DNA of 61,007 nt, filler included. It is 7 parts of 7 records of this genome, joined end to end, with 100 filler letters (N's around TTAATTAATTAA, not from the genome) between each part and the next. Parts side by side here need not be neighbours in the genome. Positions count along the whole stretch, not along the records: positions 26,399 to 32,684 come from SRR31156797_24541; positions 32,785 to 38,678 come from SRR31156797_24543; positions 38,779 to 44,091 come from SRR31156797_24545; 4 more parts are not named here. One strand, 5' to 3'. Both the position numbers and the translations under genes were made by a program. The number at the start of each line of letters is the position of its first letter. Positions within the stretch are counted from its first letter, which is position 1. Shown one piece after another: positions 30,792 to 39,921 of the stretch. The notes under the pieces are model-generated. The model was not told where the DNA came from and did no database searches. It saw only the letters and a program-made list of their open reading frames with translations.

Positions 30792-32120
30792 ATGACAGAG
30801 ACGCTTCCGGCAGCCAAACCGCAAAGGCTGATGTCGCTTGATATCCTGCGCGGTCTTACCATCGCAGGAATGATTCTTGTCAATAACCCGGGAAGCTGGG
30901 GCAGCACGTACTCGCCTCTACTGCACGCCCAGTGGAATGGTTGCACCCCGACCGACCTGGTGTTCCCATTCTTCCTGTTCATCGTCGGAGCGGCAATGCC
31001 GTTCTCGTTCGATAAACGCCTGGCTTCTGGCCACAGCCGATTACGTCTGTTCGAACATGTGGTCCGCCGAAGCGTGATTCTGTTCGCCCTCGGGCTGACC
31101 ATCTACTCATTCTCGAACGGAATCTGGAGTCAGGGCAAAATAGACTGGCGACTCATGGCTCCGTATATCGGGGTTATCGTGGGCTTATCCATGCTGTTCA
31201 TGCATGAGCCTCCCTTATCATTCCCGTCAGGTGGAAAAGCCCTGTTTCTCAAGATCGCAGGAATCTGCCTGACCCTTGGAGCAATCATATACTGGTTTGT
31301 TGATCTTCAGTATTTCCATGAACGTGGATTGCGCGTTCCCGGTGTCCTTCAACGAATCGCGGTCTGCTACTTCTTTGCATCGTTGATTCTGATGTTCTTC
31401 AGGCAGCGAGGACGCCTTATTGTCACTGGACTGCTGTTGATCTCATACTGTGCCATAACTGCCGGATTCTCCGCTCCTTCGGATTTCATTGTCGAAAATT
31501 GCCCCCCGGATGGCCTGCTGCATCACTGGATTGACGTCACGATCCTCGGCGAGGAACACCTCTACAGCCACTCGCCGGACCCGGAAGGAATCCTCAGTAC
31601 GATCACGTCCCTGGCCAGCGTGATGATCGGTGTTCTCGTAGGGATGTTCCTGAATTCAAGACGGGACAACACGAGCAAAGCAATCGGAATGTTCGAAGCG
31701 GCAGCCATTCTTCTTTTTGCCGGGTACTGCATGGATTTCTATAATCCCTGGAACAAAAAGATCTGGACCGCCTCATACGTCATCTGGACTGCCGGCCTGG
31801 CACTGCTGATCCTGGCGACCGTGTTCGTATGGGTCGACATCCGCGGCTGGAAGAAATGGTCAACCCCGTTCATGATCTTCGGCAGCAACGCGATCACCGT
31901 ATACTTCCTCTCAAGCATCGGCGCCATCGCACTCGTGAAACTCATCACAGTCCCCGGTGCAAACGGCGAAGCAATCCCGCTCAAGACCGCAATCGTCGAC
32001 TGGTTCAATACCTTCATGAGTCCGATGAATGCATCCCTTACATGGGCACTGAGCTACATCATCATCTGGTGTCTCCTGATGACTCCGCTGTATGTGAAAA
32101 AGATCTTTATCAAGGTGTAA
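30792..32120 (+). CDS. HGSNAT/NagX-like membrane acyltransferase
   Basis: RLMSLDILRGLTIAGMILVNNPG, DLVFPFFLF, GVLQRI, DPEG, NKKIWTASY. Confidence 0.9.
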   Translation: MTETLPAAKPQRLMSLDILRGLTIAGMILVNNPGSWGSTYSPLLHAQWNGCTPTDLVFPFFLFIVGAAMPFSFDKRLASGHSRLRLFEHVVRRSVILFALGLTIYSFSNGIWSQGKIDWRLMAPYIGVIVGLSMLFMHEPPLSFPSGGKALFLKIAGICLTLGAIIYWFVDLQYFHERGLRVPGVLQRIAVCYFFASLILMFFRQRGRLIVTGLLLISYCAITAGFSAPSDFIVENCPPDGLLHHWIDVTILGEEHLYSHSPDPEGILSTITSLASVMIGVLVGMFLNSRRDNTSKAIGMFEAAAILLFAGYCMDFYNPWNKKIWTASYVIWTAGLALLILATVFVWVDIRGWKKWSTPFMIFGSNAITVYFLSSIGAIALVKLITVPGANGEAIPLKTAIVDWFNTFMSPMNASLTWALSYIIIWCLLMTPLYVKKIFIKV

Positions 32121-32144
32121 GTCAACGAACTTGATGCGACAGCA

Positions 32145-32684
32145 TTACGCTGAAGCTCTAAGCTCCTTTTGTGCATTGAGAATTTCATCTGCGATTTCGG
32201 TCATCGGGGCAAACTCATAGTTCTCGAGAAAACGGGTGAGCTTTCTTTTCACACTTCCTCGATTCAGTTTCTGAAGTCGATAATGAAGTCTCTGTTTGAA
32301 AGAAAGAGTCTTCAGGACATCTTTCAGCAGTCCTGGCTTTTCTGAATCCAGTTCATACGGGTGGGTGTAGAATACAACGGGGCGATGACTTGAAATCGCA
32401 CGGAAAGCTGAATGGTTCAGCTTGAACGGGAACAGCCTGTTGTAGCCTCCGCCGCAACAGGGAATTCTTCTCCCGTTCCATTCCGTGCAGGACAGCGGGA
32501 CTTCAACAATCGATCCGGAAGGCGTCCTGACCAACTGAATATCCATTCCAAAGTCAGGTATCCCGTACCGTTTCCCCCGGATGGGATAAATGCTGCTGTC
32601 GTATTGAATCCCTTCTTCGACCAGAACGTCGAGAGCCCACAGTGTATCCTTCGTGATCGTAAATGAAGGAGCTCTGAAGGTGAC
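32145..32684 (-). CDS. Polysaccharide deacetylase (DUF3473-type), C-terminal part
   Basis: Frame open to the edge: FRAPSFTI...WALDVL...YDSSIYP, GGGYNRLFP, FYTHPYELD. Confidence 0.88.
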   Translation of the reverse strand, partial: VTFRAPSFTITKDTLWALDVLVEEGIQYDSSIYPIRGKRYGIPDFGMDIQLVRTPSGSIVEVPLSCTEWNGRRIPCCGGGYNRLFPFKLNHSAFRAISSHRPVVFYTHPYELDSEKPGLLKDVLKTLSFKQRLHYRLQKLNRGSVKRKLTRFLENYEFAPMTEIADEILNAQKELRASA

Positions 32685-32784
32685 NNNNNNNNNNNNNNNN
32701 NNNNNNNNNNNNNNNNNNNNNNNNNNNNTTAATTAATTAANNNNNNNNNNNNNNNNNNNNNNNNNNNNNNNNNNNNNNNNNNNN
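32685..32784. other. Artificial contig spacer 4
   Basis: 100 nt of N containing TTAATTAATTAA. Confidence 0.98.
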
Positions 32785-32832
32785 GGATTCCTAATCCTGG
32801 TGCCGCAGGTTCGAGTCCTGCCGAGGGCACCA
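32785..32832 (+). tRNA. tRNA-Arg(CCT), 3' portion (5' end cut by the contig edge)
   Basis: GGA-TTCCTAA-TCC anticodon arm, GCAGG-TTCGAGT-CCTGC T-arm, encoded CCA. Confidence 0.85.
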
Positions 32833-32840
32833 TTGCCTAT

Positions 32841-32872
32841 AAAAAAGCCGGATTTTATGTCCGGCTTTTTTT
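32841..32872 (+). terminator. Intrinsic terminator after the tRNA
   Basis: AAAAAAGCCGGA-TTTTATG-TCCGGCTTTTTTT. Confidence 0.85.
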
Positions 32873-32899
32873 GTTGGGGGCTAACTTAGGGGCTTACTT

Positions 32900-33238
32900 T
32901 TATGCGTTCTCCCGGTTACTCAGGCCGCTTGCCAAAAGAGAAGCAGCCAGTGTATTCATACTCACTCCTTCCTGATTGGCGTGAATGAACAAGCTGGCGT
33001 ATAGGCTTTTAGGGACGCGAACAACAAATTAGCCGCTTGGGGGATTAGGGGGGCCGAATTCTTCAGCCGCTAACAAATAACTTTTTTCTGCATCAACGGC
33101 GTTCTGTATTGCTTCTTCAACGGTTTCGCCATCGGACATACAACCGGGCAAGTCCGGAAATGTAACCAGCCATCCGCCGCCCTCTTCTTCTGTAAGTGGG
33201 CGGACTTCAAAGCGATGTTTGGGAACTTTTATATTATT
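32900..33238 (-). pseudogene. hicB: HicB-family antitoxin pseudogene
   Basis: Manual translation: EEEGGGWLVTFPDLPGCMSDGETVEEAI..., then a frameshift and in-frame TAA (33029-33031) in SG*FVVRVPKSL...EGVSMNTL (RHH domain); no start codon found. Confidence 0.85.
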
Positions 33239-33319
33239 AAATTTACAAACCTATCTGGAAGCCTTTTGCCGGCATGAAGTCGGTCCAGGTTGGCCGGCAT
33301 GGAAGCTATTAGGATCATT

Positions 33320-34144
33320 TTATTCGGATTTCATTTCCTTCTGCGGCTTCCATTCTCTGGCAAGGCGTTGCGCTTCAGCAATTTGGGCAGAAGTCATGCG
33401 TTCGGCAATGATGTCCCTATTATTTTTTGCTTTTTTATCGCCAGTCGTTGCCGCCAAGTTGAACCACATATGGGCTTTTACGTAATCTTGTGGGATGCCC
33501 TGACCTTCAGCATACATGCATCCCAGGTTGTATTGGGCCACGTCTAATCCCTGCTGCGCAGCTTTAGTGTACCACTTCACGGCTTCTTTGTAGTCCTGAG
33601 GAATGCCCTGGCCTTTAATATACTTGACTCCAAGGTTATATTGGGCTTCAGGTATACCCTGCAGCGCGGCTTTGGTATACCATTTAACGGCTTCTTTGTA
33701 GTCCTGTGGGACGCCTAGGCCTTTATTATACATAATTCCCAGGTTGTATTGGGCATCGGGATGACCCTGCAATGCGGCTTTGGTGAACCACTTCACGGCT
33801 TCTTTGTAGCCCTGTGGGACGCCAAAGCCATCACTGTACATGATTCCCACATTATATTGGGCATTTCGTTCACCCTGCTGCGCAGCTTTAGTGTACCATT
33901 TCAAGGCTTCTTTATAATCCCGAGAAACGCCCAAGCCTTCGTCATACATTCGGCCTAATGCAAATTGCGCCGCGAGATTGCCTGTTTGGGCAAGTTGCCG
34001 AAGCATGCGCAAACCAGTTTCGTATTCTCCTTGTTCGAACGCTTTTATAGCGTCTTCAAATTCGTCAGCCAAGGCCGATGGGGCAGGTAAGTAAATGAAT
34101 AATAAAACAACCACATATAGTAATAACCATCTTCGGTTGCGCAT
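33320..34144 (-). CDS. Secreted Sel1-repeat protein
   Basis: Signal peptide; tandem 36-aa repeats AQYNLG.MY..G.GVPQDYKEAVKWYTKAA.QG. Confidence 0.95.
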   Translation of the reverse strand: MRNRRWLLLYVVVLLFIYLPAPSALADEFEDAIKAFEQGEYETGLRMLRQLAQTGNLAAQFALGRMYDEGLGVSRDYKEALKWYTKAAQQGERNAQYNVGIMYSDGFGVPQGYKEAVKWFTKAALQGHPDAQYNLGIMYNKGLGVPQDYKEAVKWYTKAALQGIPEAQYNLGVKYIKGQGIPQDYKEAVKWYTKAAQQGLDVAQYNLGCMYAEGQGIPQDYVKAHMWFNLAATTGDKKAKNNRDIIAERMTSAQIAEAQRLAREWKPQKEMKSE

Positions 34145-34477
34145 GATTTCCCCTTATCTACTGCCCCTTTTGCAGCCCAAAGTGTGAAAGATTGCCGTGA
34201 TCATTCGTAAATACAAACTACTATATGATTTTCACGACACAATAAGCTTACGAAGCTCGGCCGATAATAATGTTGTTCTTTGCGATCAAAAAGAATTTAT
34301 GCCCCTAATACCGAAATGATTAACAAAAAAAAAGAGAAACAATCAATCATAGATTATGAATATCTATCATATTACCTTTGCCCATGTAAAACCAATTTGG
34401 CGTGTAATCCTCCCTATAATAGTCCCAGTGAAAAGAAGAGACATCTTCATAATGTCAAAAAGGAAGGTTTGTAAATT

Positions 34478-34529
34478 ATTGCCAATAAAGAAAAAAAGCC
34501 GGATCAAGCGTCCGGCTTTTTTTGTTGGG
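34478..34529 (+). repeat. Imperfect second copy of the tRNA 3'-flank/terminator
   Basis: ATTGCC...AAAAAAGCCGGAT...GTCCGGCTTTTTTTGTTGGG matches 32832-32878. Confidence 0.7.
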
Positions 34530-34654
34530 CCCGTCTTTATGGGCTTGTTTTAAAAAATATGTTTTTTTCCAGATCGCCGTTTTGAGGTAAAAGTGTTTGC
34601 CCTAAATGCAGATTGAACCATTCCTATTATCAAGTTTTTCTCCGAGTGAATTAA

Positions 34655-35035
34655 CTATTCCCTTACGGCGATGAATGACAGTTCGATACACGCCCCCAGG
34701 GCCAGGCCGACCACGGCCACGGTTTCCCGGGCCGGATATTCTAATCCCTGGAAACTTTCCACGTATGCGTCATTAAAGGCCTGGAATTCCTCCATGGAAC
34801 GGATGTAGGCCGTAACCTTGACAACGTTGTGTAGGGACATGCCAACCTTTTCCAAAGTGCCTTTAAGATTATAAATGGCCTGTTTTGTTTCCGGCCCGAT
34901 TCCGCCTTCCACCAGGGCCTGCTTTTCAAAGTCAATCCCGATCATACCTGACAGATACAAGGTGTCTCCGGCCAGCACTGCTTCCGGAAAGGGCAGTCCC
35001 GGGGGGCCTGTCCCGATGATTTCCTTTTTTGGCAT
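34655..35035 (-). CDS. RidA/YjgF/UK114 family protein
   Basis: LYLSGMIG, NVVKVT, FNDAY, PARETV, IE motifs. Confidence 0.9.
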   Translation of the reverse strand: MPKKEIIGTGPPGLPFPEAVLAGDTLYLSGMIGIDFEKQALVEGGIGPETKQAIYNLKGTLEKVGMSLHNVVKVTAYIRSMEEFQAFNDAYVESFQGLEYPARETVAVVGLALGACIELSFIAVRE

Positions 35036-35163
35036 TTTAAATCCTCCTGATTTTGAATTATTCTGTTCGTATCAAGATATCTGTTTTCCAGGTTTTCGAA
35101 TGTTATAAAAAATATTGATCCAGGTCGAATTTATTCACTGTCCGATTGATACAGTACGGCCTG

Positions 35164-35373
35164 TTAAAACCATAACAGGTCGTTAATATATAAAAAAAAC
35201 AGCACGCCCATCAACAGAATCACTACACCCCCTGCTTCCCCCTTTAACTTGTAGCCGATCCAGAAAAGAACCGCCCCGACGGCTATATAAAAAAGCGCTT
35301 TCAGGATAAAAGCGGCGTTCAATCCGAAATCATGACCGGAAACCTTTATTATTTTTAGATATTCCGACGCCAT
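35164..35373 (-). CDS. Small membrane protein
   Basis: Two hydrophobic segments; AGGGGG RBS before MASEYLK. Confidence 0.6.
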   Translation of the reverse strand: MASEYLKIIKVSGHDFGLNAAFILKALFYIAVGAVLFWIGYKLKGEAGGVVILLMGVLFFLYINDLLWF

Positions 35374-35744
35374 TGTTAGCCCCCTATCCCCCAATCGGGC
35401 GCTGATGCAAGATATGAATAAGTGGATATTCAGCCCGGAAGATTTATAAAAAATTATTTTTGCATTATATATTAAAACAAATACAAAAGGCCAGAGTATG
35501 TAGAATTGCTCCCTTAATTACGCCCCATTGAAAATCCGGGTCTATGCTCATACAATTACAACTATAGGAAAAAGCGTATCAGTAACTCACTCTGTAGAGC
35601 TCGCCATGAAGTGGAATTTACAGAAAGTACCGTTATTTTGCCTCCCGGAGGGTCGTCAATCCTTTGGGAGGCGACAGGAGGGTTTGCGCTTTGTTTATTA
35701 ACCGGACAACTTATCTGAAATCTGATTAAAAACGGGGGGAGATC

Positions 35745-36047
35745 ATGATCAGATGGATGAGAAGTGCAAAAATTTCTTCAGGAAAAGCCGCCCAGGCTTT
35801 GCAATGGTCCAAGGAAATCCTGGAATACACCAAAAAATATAAAGGCGTTTCCAATACGCAGGTATTCTTTCAATCATTTGGTGAAAGCGGAACGGTTTGG
35901 TGGTGCGCGGACTATGAGTCCCTGGCCAATTGGGAAGAAGTCTCACAGCAGATTTTTGCTGATCCGGCATGGTGGCAAAAAATGGACGAGGCGGCTGGTT
36001 TGTTTATTGAAGGAAGCGTCAATGATACTGTTATGAGGTCCTTTTAA
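35745..36047 (+). CDS. NIPSNAP/DUF6039-like small alpha+beta barrel protein
   Basis: GGGGGAG RBS; FG...V.W..DYESLA.W and GLFIEGSV.D pattern. Confidence 0.65.
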   Translation: MIRWMRSAKISSGKAAQALQWSKEILEYTKKYKGVSNTQVFFQSFGESGTVWWCADYESLANWEEVSQQIFADPAWWQKMDEAAGLFIEGSVNDTVMRSF

Positions 36048-36588
36048 TTAAATCTTAGAGGGCCTTTTATTCGCGGCCTGAAGGGGGAAGGTGTTGAAAC
36101 AATAGTTTATATATGAGTTTGATAATGCAAAGATGGCTGAAGCCATGGTAGAAATTACCAATCGATATGTAAGATATCAGGGCGCGCCCGGACTCAGTTA
36201 TTCGTTCAATGTCTGGATGGAGGCGCCGGAAGCCCTGAAAATGATTGGATTGGCCTGACCATAAAAGGCGGGGTCTGAGCGGCCCTGCCTTAAAAAATCT
36301 AAAGATAATTGATTTGCCAACCTTTTCCATCGCTTCAATTCTCAATTTCCCGTTCTTCATTGACACACTAGAGTAATTAAAAGTAATATTTAAAAATTGG
36401 AGTAACAAAGCTTTTATTAATGTTACCGCATGGTTTTAGATGCGGAAAGCGGACGGCCCTGGCAGCGGATTAAAGCAGCTTGGTTATATAGCAGTGCGAA
36501 TAAGCTTCCTTTGTTGTCCGCTCAATATATATCAATAAAAACAATTATATTTAAAACTTAACTATTAAAGAAAGGCAACGGTCCTGGT

Positions 36589-38678
36589 ATGTCCATGCTG
36601 GTTCAAAAAAAATTCGATTTTGTATCAACGGCGCTGCCTCCGGACACTTTCGCCGTGATCGATTTTAACGGCCGGGAAGAAATATCGACCTGCTACGAAT
36701 TTGAAATCAACCTGGTGTCCGAGAAGCCGGATGTGGACCTCGACCTGGTCCTCAAACATCCGGCCAGTTTTAAAATTATTCAGGGTGACGACGAATTCAT
36801 ATATCACGGCATTGTGTTATACATCGACCAGTTGCACCACGTGGACGGCTATACATTTTATCAGGCGGTCCTGGCGCCCAAGCAGCACAGAATGAATCTT
36901 ATACGCCATAACCAGGTGTTCCTGAATCAAACCATCCCGGATATTCTTGAAGAACTGCTCAAGGATGCCGGGCTCACAACCATGGATTACGAGCTGCGCA
37001 TTCAGAACCGGGAAAAATACAGGGAATGGGAGATATTTTGTCAATACAACCAAACTCATTTTCACAGCTTCTCCTACTGGACCGAGCGGGCCGGGATTTA
37101 TTATTTCTTCGATCAGGGATCGGACCAGGAAAAGATAGTGATTGCCGATTCAAAAGTCGCCCATCCTGAACCGGGCCCCGAAGATGTTTTGGAATACGTT
37201 CAACCTTCCGGCCTGAACAAACCCCAAGACCAGGGGACGATCCATCGTTTTACCTGTCGCAGGCAAATCCAGTCCCAAAAAGTATTGGTCCGGGACTACG
37301 ATTACACCCGTCCGTCAAACGATTTGAGCGCTGAAGCCGAAGTATGCCCGGACGGCGTGGGACAGGTTTATCTTTACGCCGACCACATGCACTTTGAAAA
37401 CCAGGAACAGGGCGACCGCCTGGCGCAAATAAGGGCCGAAGAATTGAAATGCCGGAAGGAGATATTCTCGGGATCAAGCGACGTTCCGATTTTGCAGCCG
37501 GGAAAAATATTCGAATTAAAAAATCATTACCGGGACGACTTCAACCGAAAATACCTGACCATTCAAGTCAGTCACCAGGGAGACCAGTCCGCCTTTTTCG
37601 TGGACGGCCTTAAAGCCGTCCTGGCCGACCGCGAAATAGAATCTTTTTATCACAACGAGTTCAAGGCCATCCCGGCGGATCTGCAATATCGCCCGGAACG
37701 CCTGACCGATCCCCCTACCATTCACGGCACATTCACCGCGGTTGTGGATGCGGCCGGAAGCGGGCAATATGCCGAATTGGACGACCAGGGCCGTTACAAG
37801 GTAATTCTGCCTTTCGACATGAGCGGCCGCAAAGGCCTCAAGGCGTCAGCCTGGCTTAGAATGGCCCAGCCCTACGGCGGTTCCAATTTCGGCATGCATT
37901 TCCCCCTGCATAAAGGGACTGAAGTGCTTCTGTCCTTTATTTCGGGCGACCCCAATCGGCCGGTTATAATCGGCGCCGTCCCCAACGCTGCCAACCCGAG
38001 CCCGGTTACGGCCCAAAACGCAACCATGTCCGGCATCCAAACATCGGGCGGGAACACCATTCACATGAACGACAGGGATGGAGAGCAGCGCATCATCATG
38101 AAAGCCGGGGGCGGCAGCGCAACAATGAAGATGGGGCGGGGCTCCCCCAACACCGAATTTTATCTCGGTTCGGATTTCATCAACCATAGCGCAAACTTGA
38201 CATCCACGGAAATTACCGGGTTGTCCAAAAACATCGGCGCCCTGGCCACCCACACAACCTTGACCGGGTCTGTCTGGTTTCAGGCCCTGCATAAAGCCAT
38301 CGGTAAAATCATTGATGAAACACCGGACCTGGTTGAAAAAGGCGCCATGTTCGGCCTTCAGTTGGATTCCGAGACCAGGAAAGATGGTATCGATAGTTCA
38401 GGCAGTTCCGACGAGGACAAGTCCACGGCCAAGGACGCTGTCGAGGCCCGCGATAAAACAGTCGAAAGCATCACTAAAATGGTCAGCAGCGTGGGCACGC
38501 CGATTTACACTACTATAGTTGACCTGGCCATTGATAAGTTTTTGCTCGATTGGTTTTTAGGAATCTTCCATGCAAACGACCTTTATAACCAGTGGAAGGC
38601 CGGCGCCAAGCCCAAAACGCCGGACCAGTACAAAAAATGCGCGTACTCAATCATCCACAAGGATGGAACCACGCTTGT
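36589..38678 (+). CDS. vgrG: Type VI secretion spike protein VgrG (3' truncated)
   Basis: F.GREEIS..YEFEI, QYNQT, GIYYFF, DYDY.RP, LDDQGRYKV, GMHFPLHKGTEVLLSF..GDPNRPVIIGAVPN. Confidence 0.95.
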
Positions 38679-38778
38679 NNNNNNNNNNNNNNNNNNNNNN
38701 NNNNNNNNNNNNNNNNNNNNNNTTAATTAATTAANNNNNNNNNNNNNNNNNNNNNNNNNNNNNNNNNNNNNNNNNNNN
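38679..38778. other. Artificial contig spacer 5
   Basis: 100 nt of N containing TTAATTAATTAA. Confidence 0.98.
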
Positions 38779-39330
38779 GGATCAAAGCAAGAGGATGGTA
38801 TCAATGTGGTAGCGTTTATGGACAATGAAGAGATTGGTTCAACCACAAGGCAGGGGGCTGACTCCATAATGCTGAGCTCCATTCTGGAAAGGATTTGTAT
38901 GGGTATGGTGGGAGCTGAACAAGTAGCCTTACATCGGTCTATGGACTTCTTTGTGATATCGGCTGACGGTGCTCATGCATTGCATCCCAATTATGGTGAA
39001 AAGAACGATGTCACCAACAAGCCTGTCATGAACAATGGTATTGCCATTAAGATAAGCAGTAATCGTTCCTATGCTTCGGAAGTGGATACCATTGCAGCTT
39101 TCCAGCAACTGTGTGACAGGGCAGGTGTGAAGTATCAGAAATTCGTGAATCATTCGGACCAGCCGGGTGGAACGACCCTGGGTCCGTTGCTCAGCAGATA
39201 TATCCCTGTTCATGTGGTGGATGTAGGCGTGCCGATGCTGGCAATGCATTCGACCAGGGAACTGATGGGCAGACAGGACTTCCTTGATTCTATAGAAATA
39301 TTCAGTACATTCTTCCAGCTGGAAGAATGA
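38779..39330 (+). CDS. M18-family aminopeptidase, C-terminal part
   Basis: DNEEIGS..QGA, SADGAHALHPNY, GGTTLGP, DVGVPMLAMHS.RE. Confidence 0.92.
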   Translation, partial: GSKQEDGINVVAFMDNEEIGSTTRQGADSIMLSSILERICMGMVGAEQVALHRSMDFFVISADGAHALHPNYGEKNDVTNKPVMNNGIAIKISSNRSYASEVDTIAAFQQLCDRAGVKYQKFVNHSDQPGGTTLGPLLSRYIPVHVVDVGVPMLAMHSTRELMGRQDFLDSIEIFSTFFQLEE

Positions 39331-39452
39331 TGCTTATTTTGATGAAGTCAAAAATGCAGATATCTATGGTCGAAAAGACAGAGCTAAAAGAGGTTAAAAT
39401 AGAATAAAAAAGGTGTTGTCATTATGTGACTGTGTCACACAATGCAGCTGTA

Positions 39453-39524
39453 TGGCGGAAACCCCGGGAATTTAACCCGACTGAACGGATTTAGAGTCCA
39501 TTCGATCAACCTGATCTGATTTCC
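39453..39524 (-). tRNA. pylT: tRNA-Pyl (pyrrolysine amber-decoding tRNA, anticodon CUA)
   Basis: Minus strand reads GGAAATCAGATCAGGTTGATCGAATGGACTCTAAATCCGTTCAGTCGGGTTAAATTCCCGGGGTTTCCGCCA (72 nt). CTA anticodon at 39494-39492, short D-loop and variable loop, long anticodon stem, no TTC in the T-loop, G discriminator. Closely matches Methanosarcina tRNA-Pyl as recalled. Confidence 0.97.
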
Positions 39525-39563
39525 ATGGTGTTGGTTGAACTAATTACATGTATGAACTATTGG

Positions 39564-39578
39564 TATATATACTTATTG
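39564..39578 (-). promoter_or_regulatory. Archaeal BRE/TATA promoter of pylT
   Basis: Minus strand CAATAAG-TATATATA about 40 nt upstream of the mature tRNA 5' end. Confidence 0.6.
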
Positions 39579-39921
39579 TATGTTTGTGTGTACTTTTCCC
39601 TGGATGTGAATTTTATTATGTCTTATGAATTTGTTTTTGTTTTTTAGTTGTTTTCACAGAGCACAATATAGATATACTCGTATTTTAGCAACTTAACGTT
39701 GCTGGGTCTTTAAGTTCAATTTGCTGAACTGTTATATCTGTCAGGAAGGCAGCTTCAAGCCAGCTGATTCTCACAATAATGCTGGCTGGAGCACTGGTAT
39801 TCGTGCCGATCGTTATCATATACCAGCTCTGGGACTACACACTGTTCAAGGAAAAAATAGTAGAAACGGAACTAGTCGATTACTGACCGTTCCTTCATTT
39901 TTTTTAGTTTAATTTTCGTTC

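Noticed and set aside
33228-33300. Remnant hicA toxin upstream of the hicB pseudogene
   Set aside because: Only a few codons (RFVNLII*) vaguely resemble a HicA C-terminus, which is too little to call.
33470-33970. CRISPR-like or DNA-level tandem array
   Set aside because: The 108-nt periodicity is the coding Sel1 repeat. There are no unique spacers and no cas genes anywhere in the window.
35639-35675. Riboswitch upstream of the NIPSNAP-like gene
   Set aside because: Only a single GC hairpin (GCCTCCC...GGGAGGC) is visible, with no aptamer consensus I can recognise. An Rfam scan would settle it.
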